This document shows, in pieces, positions 10,299 through 20,225 of a stretch of 64,000 nucleotides of DNA. A program made the translations under genes and the position numbers. The notes below the pieces were generated by a model. It ran no database searches and had not been told where the DNA came from. It saw nothing but the letters and a program-made list of their open reading frames with translations. Within the stretch, counting starts at the first letter, position 1. Each line of letters opens with the position of its first letter. The DNA comes from Candidatus Latescibacterota bacterium (GTDB lineage Bacteria > Latescibacterota > UBA2968 > GCA-2709665): positions 1,664,001 through 1,728,000 of the forward strand of contig OZ220733.1 of assembly GCA_965116875.1 (NCBI GenBank), written 5' to 3'.

Positions 10299-11915
10299 TC
10301 ACGGTTCGAACCGATAGACCACAGGTAGCTCAGCGGGGTCTACGATGTTTTTATCGGTGTGGTGGTAGATGTTCACAACCCCGGTGCCGCAGTCTCCGAA
10401 CTCGTCACACGTGAGTTCGCCGATGAGACCCGGAAAACCCGCCGTGGCCCCCACCTCGGCGCGCAATGCGACGCGGTCTATGTATAACGTTCCGCCATCG
10501 GTCACCGCAACCGACTTGATGGCGCTCAGAAGGAGCGCCGTGGCGTCGTACGCGTGCGCCCAGTAGGGATTGGTATGCGTCCCCCCGTAGATGGACTCGA
10601 TCTCGGCGAGTACCGCGTCACTGTTCTTGCCGGTCGCGATATTGACGTTTTCGCCGTGAACCGGCTCCGGCCCCGCAAAATAGATGCCTTCGGACTGCGG
10701 TGTGCCCAGGAACTCCGAAAGGAGAAGGGCCGCGTCCGTCAGGAGCGTCGCGTCTTTCAAACCATCGATATTTCTGACCTGCTCGGCAAACGGCGAACCT
10801 TCAGCAATGAAGAGCGGGAAGAAGATTCCGTCGGGTCCGGCGTCCGCGAAATCCGCCAGGACGCCGGTCATATCCGTTTCGCCTTTTTCGATCCTGGCCG
10901 TCACCGGGACCTCGCCGCCGAGTGTGCGGAACGCATTGCCGAATGCGCCGGTGAGACCCATTGTATACGGGTCGCCGTCGTCAATGGACACCACCCGCCG
11001 CAGGCCCAATTCGTTGTATGCGAAGTCCGCGACCGCCTGTCCATGATAGAGGTCGTTGTTGGCCGTACGGAAATAGCCGGGATGATAGTCGGGACCGGGG
11101 TTGCCCGTGAGGTCGGAGGTGAGCACCGGCGACGTGTTGGCCGGCGATATCATCACCAGACCCGCCGCGCTGAGCAGAGGGGAAGCGGCCACGGCGGATC
11201 CGGAACACAACGTGCCGATGACGCCGATTACCTGCGGGTTGGCGATGATCTGCCCCGCGCTGGCGCTTCCGCCGTCCGGCGAACACATGCCGTCTATGGG
11301 CTCGCCGAGTTCAACCTCGTGACCATGAATGGGGCCATAGTCTCTGATGGCCAACTCGGCGCTGTAGCGCGCCCAGTCCGAAACGGACGGTACGACCTCG
11401 TGCGCGAGAACCGTACGGATCTGCACCGGCTGGCCTTCACCGATGGTCACCACGTCCCGCGCGGTTGTACCCGTCACGACGGCATTGCCTTCAACCGGCA
11501 GGTCTACCTTTGTCTCGTATCCGTCGTTGACCGGTATGCTCGACCACGAACCCAGAACGCTGCCGTCCTGTACGGCCCGCGCACGGTAGTAGCCGCCCAC
11601 CCCGGGGCCCCCGATCACAACCCGAACCCGACCGCGCCCATCGGTTGTGCCCGACCACTCGTAATTCGCGGGCCGACCTGAAACCGAACGCGCGAACTCC
11701 ACGGTGACGCCGTTGACAGCCGCATCGCCCTGTTGCACGCGGGCAAGGACAGCGGCCTGCTCACTGTCTCCACCGAACGCCTGTTTGCCGAGGGGCCGAC
11801 CTGCTTGTTCCTCCGCCTCCGGCGCCTGCGACGTCGTCACGCGGTCACCGCCGCAGCCCCACGCCACACCCGCGGCAATCGCCAGGATCAAAACGCTGCG
11901 AATCCCCGGAAGCAT
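10299..11915 (-). CDS. lipoprotein: Ig-like module + LIVBP-type SBP (subtype B)
   Basis: AWGC, paralog of 5111-6718 (GTLCSGS, CDEFGDCGTG, VVYRF). Confidence 0.88.
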   Translation of the reverse strand: MLPGIRSVLILAIAAGVAWGCGGDRVTTSQAPEAEEQAGRPLGKQAFGGDSEQAAVLARVQQGDAAVNGVTVEFARSVSGRPANYEWSGTTDGRGRVRVVIGGPGVGGYYRARAVQDGSVLGSWSSIPVNDGYETKVDLPVEGNAVVTGTTARDVVTIGEGQPVQIRTVLAHEVVPSVSDWARYSAELAIRDYGPIHGHEVELGEPIDGMCSPDGGSASAGQIIANPQVIGVIGTLCSGSAVAASPLLSAAGLVMISPANTSPVLTSDLTGNPGPDYHPGYFRTANNDLYHGQAVADFAYNELGLRRVVSIDDGDPYTMGLTGAFGNAFRTLGGEVPVTARIEKGETDMTGVLADFADAGPDGIFFPLFIAEGSPFAEQVRNIDGLKDATLLTDAALLLSEFLGTPQSEGIYFAGPEPVHGENVNIATGKNSDAVLAEIESIYGGTHTNPYWAHAYDATALLLSAIKSVAVTDGGTLYIDRVALRAEVGATAGFPGLIGELTCDEFGDCGTGVVNIYHHTDKNIVDPAELPVVYRFEP

Positions 11916-12049
11916 TGGAATCTCCTCCCACGGTCAAAGACGCGTTTCGGACTGTTAAGCAGGCGTCCAGGGTCTCCTTGTCATGCAATTGCGGACATTT
12001 GAAAAAACAACCCCCAGACACACGACCCCGGCAGAAGCGACTGACGGGT

Positions 12050-13558
12050 TTATTCGAACAGCTCGAATGCGCCGTCGCGGACGATCAGGACGATGGGATC
12101 GTAAACCGCGTCGCCGTCGTCGTTGAACGAAAACCGGCCCAGAATCGTGTCGACGTCACGGGTAGCGGCCATTGCGTCCTTGATTGCGCCCGCATCCGTT
12201 GATCCGGCGTCCGCGATTGCATCTGCAAGAATGTACAGCGAGGCGTACGAAAGCGCGGCCCACGGACCGGGTTCACTGTCGTTTGCCGCCATATAGCTTT
12301 CGATAAAGGTCTGGTTCCCCGGCGTGGACGCGTTGGTTGCCCAACTCGTAATGCTGATCACACGTTCCGCGGCGTCTCCGGCGGCGGCCACCTCATCCAA
12401 TGTCATTTCGGGAATAATGAGGGGAATATTCGAGGGAATGCCGGCGTCTCGGGCCTGGAGCATAATTTGAATCATCTCCGACGCCAGACACGAAACGAAG
12501 AGGGCGTGCGGATTCAATTCCTTGATGTTGTTCAACTGGTCCGCGAACGACGTATCTCCCGTTGCGAATGTTTCCCGGCCCAGAATCTCCACCTCGCCTT
12601 CCGTGAGGGCATTCGTTACCGCCTCGTCCAGGCTCCTGGAATAGACGTCTGCATCGTCGACCATCGTGGCGACCCTGCTGAACCTCAGTTTCTCCTGCAG
12701 GTCCTTGACGGCGCCGGGGACCAGCGTACCCACGTTGAGACCGGAACGGAAGATATAATCGCCGATCGCGCTCAGGCCGACTGCGGTGGAGGTGGAACTG
12801 AATGCCAGGACTTCGTTCTCCTGGGCGATTGGGAACACTTCCTTCCCCACGGTGGAAATACCGGGGCCCAGGATGACGTTCACGCCGTCTTCGTTGATGA
12901 GTTTGTTGAACGCCGCGGTGGCGGCGTCGACCGTGCCCTCCGTATCCTCGACGATAAATTCGATGCTCGCGCCGCCGAGTCTCGAAGAACCGTTGATTTC
13001 TCCCTGAGCCAACTCAAAGCCTTCCCGCGCCGGCACGCCGTACACGTTTTGAGGACCCGTCAGCGGCACGGCCAGGCCGATGGTGATCTTCGCCGGCAGA
13101 CCGCCGGGCGTCAGCGCGATTGCGCCGGTTGCGCTCGCCTTGTCGCCGATCGGCAGTTCAACCGATGACTGATATCCGCTGTTGACCGGGATGCTCAACC
13201 ACGAACCGATCTCGCTGCCGTCCCGCATCGCCCGCGCACGGTAGTAGCCGGTCACCCCGGCGCCCCCGATGTCCACGTGGGCCTGACCGCGCGCATTCGT
13301 GGACCCCGACCACTCGAAACTGGCGGGCTGGCCGGATACCGAACGCGAGAACTCGACGGTCGCACCGCTTACAGGCGTTCCGCCGTCCGACACGTTTGCC
13401 ACCACCACTGCCCGCATCATGCCATTGAGTGCCAGCTTGCCCGCGGCCTGGCCACCCGCCTCCGGTACCTGCGACGTTGTCAGGCGTTCACGGCCGCAAC
13501 CCCACGTCAGACTCACTGCCACTGCGAACACAAACACACTGCGAATACCACCGAACAT
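12050..13558 (-). CDS. lipoprotein: Ig-like module + LivJ-type SBP (subtype A)
   Basis: Start MFGGIR at 13558 after GGAGGG; TWGC; closest to 3530-5050. Confidence 0.88.
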   Translation of the reverse strand: MFGGIRSVFVFAVAVSLTWGCGRERLTTSQVPEAGGQAAGKLALNGMMRAVVVANVSDGGTPVSGATVEFSRSVSGQPASFEWSGSTNARGQAHVDIGGAGVTGYYRARAMRDGSEIGSWLSIPVNSGYQSSVELPIGDKASATGAIALTPGGLPAKITIGLAVPLTGPQNVYGVPAREGFELAQGEINGSSRLGGASIEFIVEDTEGTVDAATAAFNKLINEDGVNVILGPGISTVGKEVFPIAQENEVLAFSSTSTAVGLSAIGDYIFRSGLNVGTLVPGAVKDLQEKLRFSRVATMVDDADVYSRSLDEAVTNALTEGEVEILGRETFATGDTSFADQLNNIKELNPHALFVSCLASEMIQIMLQARDAGIPSNIPLIIPEMTLDEVAAAGDAAERVISITSWATNASTPGNQTFIESYMAANDSEPGPWAALSYASLYILADAIADAGSTDAGAIKDAMAATRDVDTILGRFSFNDDGDAVYDPIVLIVRDGAFELFE

Positions 13559-14025
13559 GACGATCCCTCCAATGCTGCGGGTTACCAGCGAAAAGAGCCG
13601 GAAAGCCATAAGCAGCGCGCTCGAATACCGCCCACTGAAGCTGGCTCCTGACCCATTCACCAATGTGATTGAAGACGTGAATGAACCGAACGACAACGTC
13701 CCTGCTCGAGCGCTCGGATGCGCTGTCGGATTTATCCGTAATAATGAATATAAACGCAATTTCCCTGTACACAAGGGCATGTCCGAATTTCTTTTAAAAA
13801 AAGCCCGCTCAATTTCCGGCTTGAATTCGAGCCGACGAGGATACCGATAGACGGAACAGGCTGGGTCTTACAAATGTTGCCACATGACGAAAAAACCAGC
13901 GGCCCGAATTGCGGCCCCTGGTTGACGGATAGACGCCGATCGCGCCGGAACCTTTCATATGTCCTTCCCGAAAGGGTTTTCCGCCCCGGCTTCCCGGCAG
14001 GGATCCGGAAACCACGCACTGTCCG

Positions 14026-15648
14026 CTATATACCGAGGATCCCTCGCGTTGCCTGTCTTGCCTCGTCCAGCGTTCTGACAACGCGGTGCCTGGGCAGATG
14101 TTTCAGGATACCGAGCGCGTCCAGGGTTCTGGGAACCAGACCGGACAGGCCCATCACAATGCATTCGGTCTGCTCGCTTCCGGCGATATCCATGAGCTCC
14201 CCAAGTGCCATGGCCGCGCTCTCATCCAGATACGTGGCGCCGGAAAAGTCGAAGATGACGACGTCGCGATCCCTGATATTCGCGCCGATCACGCTCGCCA
14301 GCTTGTGGGAGGATGCGACGGTGAGGCTTCCCCTGAGCTCAACCAGTCCCACGCGAGCCGAATCCGGACTGAAGGCGGTCACGTCGATGTCCTCCTCCTC
14401 AGAGAAAAACGTACGGTCCAGCAGCGGCACGGAGATCACGCTATCCAGTTCCAGGCGCTGCATCTGACCCGCGTGTACCAGGCCCGAAACGATAAGGCCG
14501 ATCGCGGCGGCGGTCAACAGATCGGCAAAGATCGTGAGGCCCAGAGTAACCAGCATGACCAGGAGGTGTTCGCGGCGCAGGCGGCGGACACGCACGAGAA
14601 GACGCCAGTCTACGATGTCCCATCCGACTTTCATCAGGATACCGGCGAGAACCGCATGCGGAATCGGCTCCATGTACCGGCCGAGACCAAGCAGGACGCC
14701 GAGCATAAGTATCGCGTACAACGCGCCCGATACCGGCGTTTTGCCTCCGGCGCGTATGTTGGTTACGGTTCCGGTTGTCGATCCCGCGCCCGGGAGACCG
14801 CCGAACAGTCCTGAAACCATATTGCCGAGACCCTGCCCCACCAGTTCCCGGCTCGGATTGTGCCTCGTTCCCGTGTACGAGTCGGAAGCCAGGGAAGTCC
14901 TGAGGCTTTCCACCGAACCCAGCAGGGCGAGGATGAGCGCGGGCACCAGCGCGTGCATCAAAAATGCGGCGGACGGCACCGTCAATCGCAGCTCCGGCAA
15001 TCCGGCGGGCAGCCGGCCGATGACCGGCACGTCACCGAGCCAGAACACGCCGAGCATCGTTCCCGCGACCAGCGCCGGAAGGGGTCCGGGCAGGTATCTG
15101 GCCAGCCTTCGCGGCCAGACCACGCCCACGCCGAGAGCAACGACCGCGACGGCCACCGCGTTGTAGTTCACGTTTTCAATCGCTTCGGACACCGCTCGGA
15201 TCGCGCCGGTCACACCGCCCGGGGCCGGGGCCGACCCGAGGAACGGAAGGACGTGCATGACCATGATGATGACGCCGATGCCGGACATGAGTCCCGAGGT
15301 CACCACGCGTGGCGTATACGCCACGAAGCGGCCGATCCTCGAAAGGCCCAGCAATACCTGCATCAACCCGGCCATGGCCACCACGGTCAGCGCTTCGATG
15401 AGGTTGGAAGCGTAGATGGAGACAATGACCACGAGAGCGACGGTCATCGGCGCCGTGGGTCCCGAAATCCGGGTCCGCGTGCCGCCGAATACCGTCGCGA
15501 AGAAGCCAACCGCGATCGCGCCGTACATGCCGGCGGCCGCGCCCATGCCCGACGCGACCCCCAGCGCCAATGCGACCGGCAGCGCGGCCACGGTTGCAGT
15601 GACGCCGCCGAGCATGTCCCCACGGAGCGTCTGGACGTCATATTTCAT
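14026..15648 (-). CDS. SulP family anion (sulfate/bicarbonate) transporter with STAS domain
   Basis: GDMLGGVTA..ALPVALA, ISGPTAPM, ELVGQGLGN, C-terminal DFSGATYLDES. Confidence 0.92.
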   Translation of the reverse strand: MKYDVQTLRGDMLGGVTATVAALPVALALGVASGMGAAAGMYGAIAVGFFATVFGGTRTRISGPTAPMTVALVVIVSIYASNLIEALTVVAMAGLMQVLLGLSRIGRFVAYTPRVVTSGLMSGIGVIIMVMHVLPFLGSAPAPGGVTGAIRAVSEAIENVNYNAVAVAVVALGVGVVWPRRLARYLPGPLPALVAGTMLGVFWLGDVPVIGRLPAGLPELRLTVPSAAFLMHALVPALILALLGSVESLRTSLASDSYTGTRHNPSRELVGQGLGNMVSGLFGGLPGAGSTTGTVTNIRAGGKTPVSGALYAILMLGVLLGLGRYMEPIPHAVLAGILMKVGWDIVDWRLLVRVRRLRREHLLVMLVTLGLTIFADLLTAAAIGLIVSGLVHAGQMQRLELDSVISVPLLDRTFFSEEEDIDVTAFSPDSARVGLVELRGSLTVASSHKLASVIGANIRDRDVVIFDFSGATYLDESAAMALGELMDIAGSEQTECIVMGLSGLVPRTLDALGILKHLPRHRVVRTLDEARQATRGILGI

Positions 15649-15775
15649 TGTGCAGTTTCCTCAGGCATCCGGGAATGACGACCCACACCCGTGCCGCGCG
15701 ACAGGCTTGACAATGCCCCATCTTGCCGTATCATTTATGTTGGACGATGACTTCCATTCACGAAAGGAACCGACA

Positions 15776-16432
15776 ATGCTGAGATTCCCCGAAGAACTCA
15801 TGCTCCTGATACTCGACGACGACAACGGCAGGTTCGCCCGCGTACCGGACCAGTCCCTGCGTTACGCGCTTGCCGGCGGCGTGCTGATGGACCTGGCCAT
15901 GGAAAACCGAATCGACACCGACCCGAACCGGCTGGTCCTGGTGGATTCGACCCCCGTTGGTGACGGCCTTCTCGATCCCACGCTCGCCGACATCTCGCAG
16001 GCTGACGAAACCCACGATGCGCGCTTCTGGGTGGAACGCACCGCCATTCGCAGCGCCGCGGGCATTCGCGAAACGTCTCTTGACCGGCTGGTTGAAAAGG
16101 GCATCCTCGAACGCAGGGACGACCGGTTTCTGTGGGTCTTCCGGTCGCGGCGATATCCGTCCGTGGACGACCAGGCCGAGCGGGAAGTCAAGCTCAGGAT
16201 CATGGAGATCCTGTTCAGCGACCAGATCCCCGACCCTCGCGACGTGGTGATCATCAGCCTGGCGCACGCCTGTAACCTGTTCAGCCAGATTCTGTCTGCC
16301 AGAGAACTGGCGCGCGTTGCCCCCCGCATCAACCAGGTGAGGAAGCTCGATCTGATCGGCCAGGCGACGTTTCGGGCGATCACGGAGATTGAACTCTCGC
16401 TTGCCCTCGCCGTACAGATGCGGCCGTATTAG
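15776..16432 (+). CDS. GPP34 (Golgi phosphoprotein 3-like) family protein
   Basis: EELMLLILDD..G, LAGGVLMDLAMENRI, LVEKGIL, FRSRRYP; ATG 15776 after AAGGA. Confidence 0.8.
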   Translation: MLRFPEELMLLILDDDNGRFARVPDQSLRYALAGGVLMDLAMENRIDTDPNRLVLVDSTPVGDGLLDPTLADISQADETHDARFWVERTAIRSAAGIRETSLDRLVEKGILERRDDRFLWVFRSRRYPSVDDQAEREVKLRIMEILFSDQIPDPRDVVIISLAHACNLFSQILSARELARVAPRINQVRKLDLIGQATFRAITEIELSLALAVQMRPY

Positions 16433-16660
16433 CAGCCCGTTGATAAAGCCCATCCGGGCTACGTCCGGCCCACTCCCGCAGCCCCGTTCGCCGGCATTGG
16501 CAGCCCGTTGAAAAAGCCCATCCGGGCTGCGGCCGGCTCTCGTGGCCGACCGACGGCGTTGCGCTCCCTCGCCGAATCGATGGATGGGACTCGGTCGCAC
16601 GCCTTGTCTTCGGCCACGATGGCTCGGCCTCGCCTGCAGAGCGACTTTATCAACGGACTG
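16433..16660. mobile_element. MITE-like element, copy 2 (doubled left end)
   Basis: Left ends at 16433 and 16501 (CAGCCCGTTGA(T/A)AAAGCCCATCCGGGCT), right end TTTATCAACGGACTG at 16660; lies between two convergent stop codons. Confidence 0.7.
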
Positions 16661-18403
16661 TTACGACGCGCCCTTCACCTGAACGGTAACGATGTCCAGA
16701 TCGTGATACTTCTGGTGGCGCACCGACGAAGCGTAATGGCGCAGCAGCCGGAACGATATTTCATGCTCGTCCAGGATCTCCGGCTGTTCACTCAGGTACG
16801 CCAGCCTGTCTTCCAGATTTGCTCCGGCCGCAGCCGCCAGAAACTCCAGTTCCGCCGTCCCTTCCACCTGCCGGGCGGTGATGACAAGCAGCCGCCCTCC
16901 CTCACTCGCACCCTCACCGGCCTGCTCGATCAGAATCGACAGGGTTTCTTCGCCCGCGGCGCGCAGCCGGCCGGTTGCCGGCTCCGTCCATCCGATACCT
17001 GCCGAAAACCCGCGGAGGAACTCGTCGATACCGGGAAGTGATTCGGCGGACAATTCCACCTGGAGGCGTTTCCGGCGGCGGGCCGTCAATTCCATGAAAG
17101 CGGTCAGCAGGATTGCCGCGAGGCCGCCCGCGGTCATTCCGTTTCCGAGCAGTGTCCCCCACGTCCCGCCAAACAAGCCTGGAAAGATCACCTGATTCTG
17201 AAAACCCACGCCCAGCCAGAACGCCAGCCCGACCACGGTGGCCTTCCTGTGATCGATGCCGTCCTCGAAAATCAGCTTCATACCCTGAACGAATAACAGG
17301 CCGATCAGCAGCGTGACATAGGCAGCCGCGACGGGATTGGGAATGGCGATCACGAGGGCGGTTACCTTGGGGGACAGGGCGAGCAGGACGAATATGATGC
17401 CGATATATATCCCGACGCGGCGCGCCGCGACTCCGGTCAGTTCTGCAAGCGAGACGCTGGTGGAATAGGTCGTATTGGGCGGTGTCCCGATGAGGCCGGA
17501 GAGCAGATTGCCCATGCCGTCGGCATTGAGTGCGCCCTGCACCAGGCGGAAGTCGGTTGCACGGGGCCGGCGCCGGGAGACCCGTTGAATGGCGACGCCG
17601 TCGCCAACCGTCTCGATCGCCCCGACGACCGTGACCACCACAAATGCCGGAAGCAGCGCCCAGAACTCCGCGCTCAGGGAGAGATCAACCCCCGGCCAGG
17701 CGTAGTTGGGAAAACCGATCCAGGGCGCTTCTACGACCCCACCCACGTCGTACAGTCCGAACGGCGCGGCAACCGCGCATCCAACCGCGATTCCGATCAG
17801 CGGCGCCCACAGCCGCAGCGATGCGGGGGCCCGCAGCGCCAGCACGACGAGGGTAACGAACGCCGCGCCCGCCGCGGCCGGTGACGCCGCCGCCGGCGTT
17901 CCTTCGGGCACGTCCGTCAACAGGCCGAAAACCACAGGCATCACCGTGACAGCGATCAGCATGATCACGGTTCCGGCGACAACCGGAGTAATGATGCGGC
18001 GCAGGAGCGAGAGACGCGCGGCCAGGGCGAACTGAAACAGCGAGGATACCACGATCAGACTCGCCATTAACGCCGGCCCGCCCTTCACCAGCGCCGTGAT
18101 GCACACCGCGATAAAGGCGCCGGACGTACCCATGATGAGCACGTGGCCCGCCCCGATGCGCCCCACCCTCACGGCTTGCAGCACCGTACTCACGCCGCTG
18201 ACCACCAGCGCCGCGAAGGCAATCCAGTTCAGATAGCTGTCCGGTTGATTGGCCGCCCGGCCGATGATCACCGCGCTGAGCACCACGGGCGCCAGGACCA
18301 CAACAGCGGCCTGAAAGCCCACCGCGGCGGCGACTGAGTGCGGGGGTCGCTCGTCCGGTTCGTACCGGATGGTTTCGTTTGAACGGGTTTCTTCCGAAGG
18401 CAT
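16661..18403 (-). CDS. NCS2 (xanthine/uracil) permease with extra C-terminal HATPase-like domain
   Basis: IRYEPDERPP, IMGTSGAF, IETVGD, PNTTYS..LTGVAARRVG; ~135-aa soluble tail. Confidence 0.85.
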   Translation of the reverse strand: MPSEETRSNETIRYEPDERPPHSVAAAVGFQAAVVVLAPVVLSAVIIGRAANQPDSYLNWIAFAALVVSGVSTVLQAVRVGRIGAGHVLIMGTSGAFIAVCITALVKGGPALMASLIVVSSLFQFALAARLSLLRRIITPVVAGTVIMLIAVTVMPVVFGLLTDVPEGTPAAASPAAAGAAFVTLVVLALRAPASLRLWAPLIGIAVGCAVAAPFGLYDVGGVVEAPWIGFPNYAWPGVDLSLSAEFWALLPAFVVVTVVGAIETVGDGVAIQRVSRRRPRATDFRLVQGALNADGMGNLLSGLIGTPPNTTYSTSVSLAELTGVAARRVGIYIGIIFVLLALSPKVTALVIAIPNPVAAAYVTLLIGLLFVQGMKLIFEDGIDHRKATVVGLAFWLGVGFQNQVIFPGLFGGTWGTLLGNGMTAGGLAAILLTAFMELTARRRKRLQVELSAESLPGIDEFLRGFSAGIGWTEPATGRLRAAGEETLSILIEQAGEGASEGGRLLVITARQVEGTAELEFLAAAAGANLEDRLAYLSEQPEILDEHEISFRLLRHYASSVRHQKYHDLDIVTVQVKGAS

Positions 18404-18434
18404 TCATCTCTCCCTGTCGAGCCGTCTTTCCCGC

Positions 18435-19208
18435 TTACATGCGCCAGACCACGAGCATCTGCGCGATGATTTCGTCTTCGTCCGTTCCGAGCTTATTGCG
18501 CCAATATTGGAATTCCACGCCGACCATGAACCGGTTGGCTTCGCCCGCCATCGCCTTGCCCACGTCCCACACCACCTGCGGCTGCGCCAGGATCGATCCC
18601 TTGACGTCTTCCCCGAACTCGTTGGAACGACCGCCGATGTATTCCGCATGCCCCGTGAACGTGATTGACTGTTCCCCCGCTTCGATGGGCAGCATCCAGC
18701 TGACGTCGAACATGAAGCTGTTGCCGGTCTTCGGGGCGCCGCCGCCGTCCACGCCGGTGTTGTCGTCAATATAGGCCGTCAGGTCCGTATTTAGAAAAAG
18801 AAATCCCGGCGCGCTCCAGGAGGCCCTCACGCCCGGCAGATATTTCAATACCTTGGCGTCGCCCCCGGCGTTTACCCCCGCGACCAGGGCGAAGTCCCGG
18901 ATGGGACCCGCGCGCACTTCCTTTCTTGCCAGTTTGCCGAAACTCAACGTGGGATACCACTCTGAATAAAAGTCCCGGTCGTTGAATCCGTCGCTGCCGC
19001 TGTCGTCTATATAATCGAGAAAAAAGAAACTGTCGCCGAATTTCCATCTCGAGGCGTTCTGCACGGTAAACACGAGCGTCCAGTGGTCGGACCCCGAGAA
19101 TGGATTCAGATGCGAACCGTATTGGAGGTGAAACTCGGTCTGCGCGACCGCGGCGGTGCGTGCGGTCAGCAGCAGGATGCCCGCGATGCCGGCGGATCGG
19201 ATTTTCAT
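18435..19208 (-). CDS. Tsx-like nucleoside-specific outer-membrane channel
   Basis: Signal peptide; WKFGDSFFFLDY, FYSEWYPTLS, GVEFQYWRNKLG. Confidence 0.75.
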   Translation of the reverse strand: MKIRSAGIAGILLLTARTAAVAQTEFHLQYGSHLNPFSGSDHWTLVFTVQNASRWKFGDSFFFLDYIDDSGSDGFNDRDFYSEWYPTLSFGKLARKEVRAGPIRDFALVAGVNAGGDAKVLKYLPGVRASWSAPGFLFLNTDLTAYIDDNTGVDGGGAPKTGNSFMFDVSWMLPIEAGEQSITFTGHAEYIGGRSNEFGEDVKGSILAQPQVVWDVGKAMAGEANRFMVGVEFQYWRNKLGTDEDEIIAQMLVVWRM

Positions 19209-19343
19209 CGTGTAATCCTGACGTTATTCGGATTGGGTTTTCATGATGTAATCCTGACGTTATATTGGATTTGCTCGTCAAGCGTCTTACCGGATGGTGT
19301 GACAGACCACGACAGACACAACACATTCCGCTCGGGAGGAAAT

Positions 19344-20126
19344 ATGAACCTGTTCAGACTGACAACGCCATTGTGTATTATGTGTATCGGGGCGACCGGC
19401 TGCTCGGAATCGGAGGACTCGTCATCCGTTTCGAACAAGCCGGCGTGGGGGTACGGCGCCGAAAACGGACCGGCCGTCTGGGGCCGGTTGAGCGCGGATT
19501 ATGCGCTTTGCGCCGAAGGGTCGCGCCAATCCCCCATTGACCTGCGGAACCCGACGCCGGCGAACCCGCCGGCCATCACCTTCAACTACCGGCCAACGCC
19601 CCTGAACCTCCACAACAACGGCCACACCATAGAGGTTGCATCCACCGGGGAGAACTGGATCGAGGTTGGCAACGAAAGATACAGCCTGCTGCAGTACCAC
19701 TTTCACGCGCCGTCCGAACATACGGTGGAAGGCAGGTCGTTTGACATGGAAATGCACCTCGTCCACCGGAATGAGGAAGGCGCGTTAGCCGTTATCGGCG
19801 TGCTGATCGAGCGCGGAAACAAAAACGTCGCATACGATCGCGTCTGGACGCATTTACCGCAAGCGGCTGGCGAAACGGAACGCATCGAAGGCGTCTCGGT
19901 CAACCCCGGTGACTTGCTGCCGCCGGACAGGCGTGCCTACAGGTACGACGGCTCGTTGACAACCCCGCCGTGTTCCCAGGACGTCAGCTGGTTCGTAATC
20001 GCAGCCCCCATCGAAATGTCAGAGGTGCAGATTGCCGCATTCGAAGCCATTGTTCACAAAAACAACCGGCCGGTACAGGCGTTGAACGGCCGCGAGGTTT
20101 TCATCGACGTTGGAATGGAGGAATAG
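19344..20126 (+). CDS. alpha-class carbonic anhydrase (probable lipoprotein)
   Basis: QSPIDL, NNGHTI, QYHFHAPSEH, EMHLVH, GSLTTPPC, NNRPVQ; N-terminal ATGC lipobox. Confidence 0.95.
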   Translation: MNLFRLTTPLCIMCIGATGCSESEDSSSVSNKPAWGYGAENGPAVWGRLSADYALCAEGSRQSPIDLRNPTPANPPAITFNYRPTPLNLHNNGHTIEVASTGENWIEVGNERYSLLQYHFHAPSEHTVEGRSFDMEMHLVHRNEEGALAVIGVLIERGNKNVAYDRVWTHLPQAAGETERIEGVSVNPGDLLPPDRRAYRYDGSLTTPPCSQDVSWFVIAAPIEMSEVQIAAFEAIVHKNNRPVQALNGREVFIDVGMEE

Positions 20127-20225
20127 TCCGGGGATTTGCAGGCCGAAGAATCGGGGGCAGGAATTCTACAGTTCTGATTTCGAGTCTGCGGTGAGCGAAT
20201 CTCGATGCTTCCGTATGCGTCGTGT

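Noticed and set aside
13559-13780. Extended N-termini from the ORF track (also 15416, 19083, 41315, 42308, 43175, 60524)
   Set aside because: Downstream starts have RBSs and match family or paralog N-termini.
13816-13834. Palindrome CGGCTTGAATTCGAGCCG, similar to 8375-8390, as an array operator
   Set aside because: Only two imperfect copies at inconsistent distances from starts; insufficient support.
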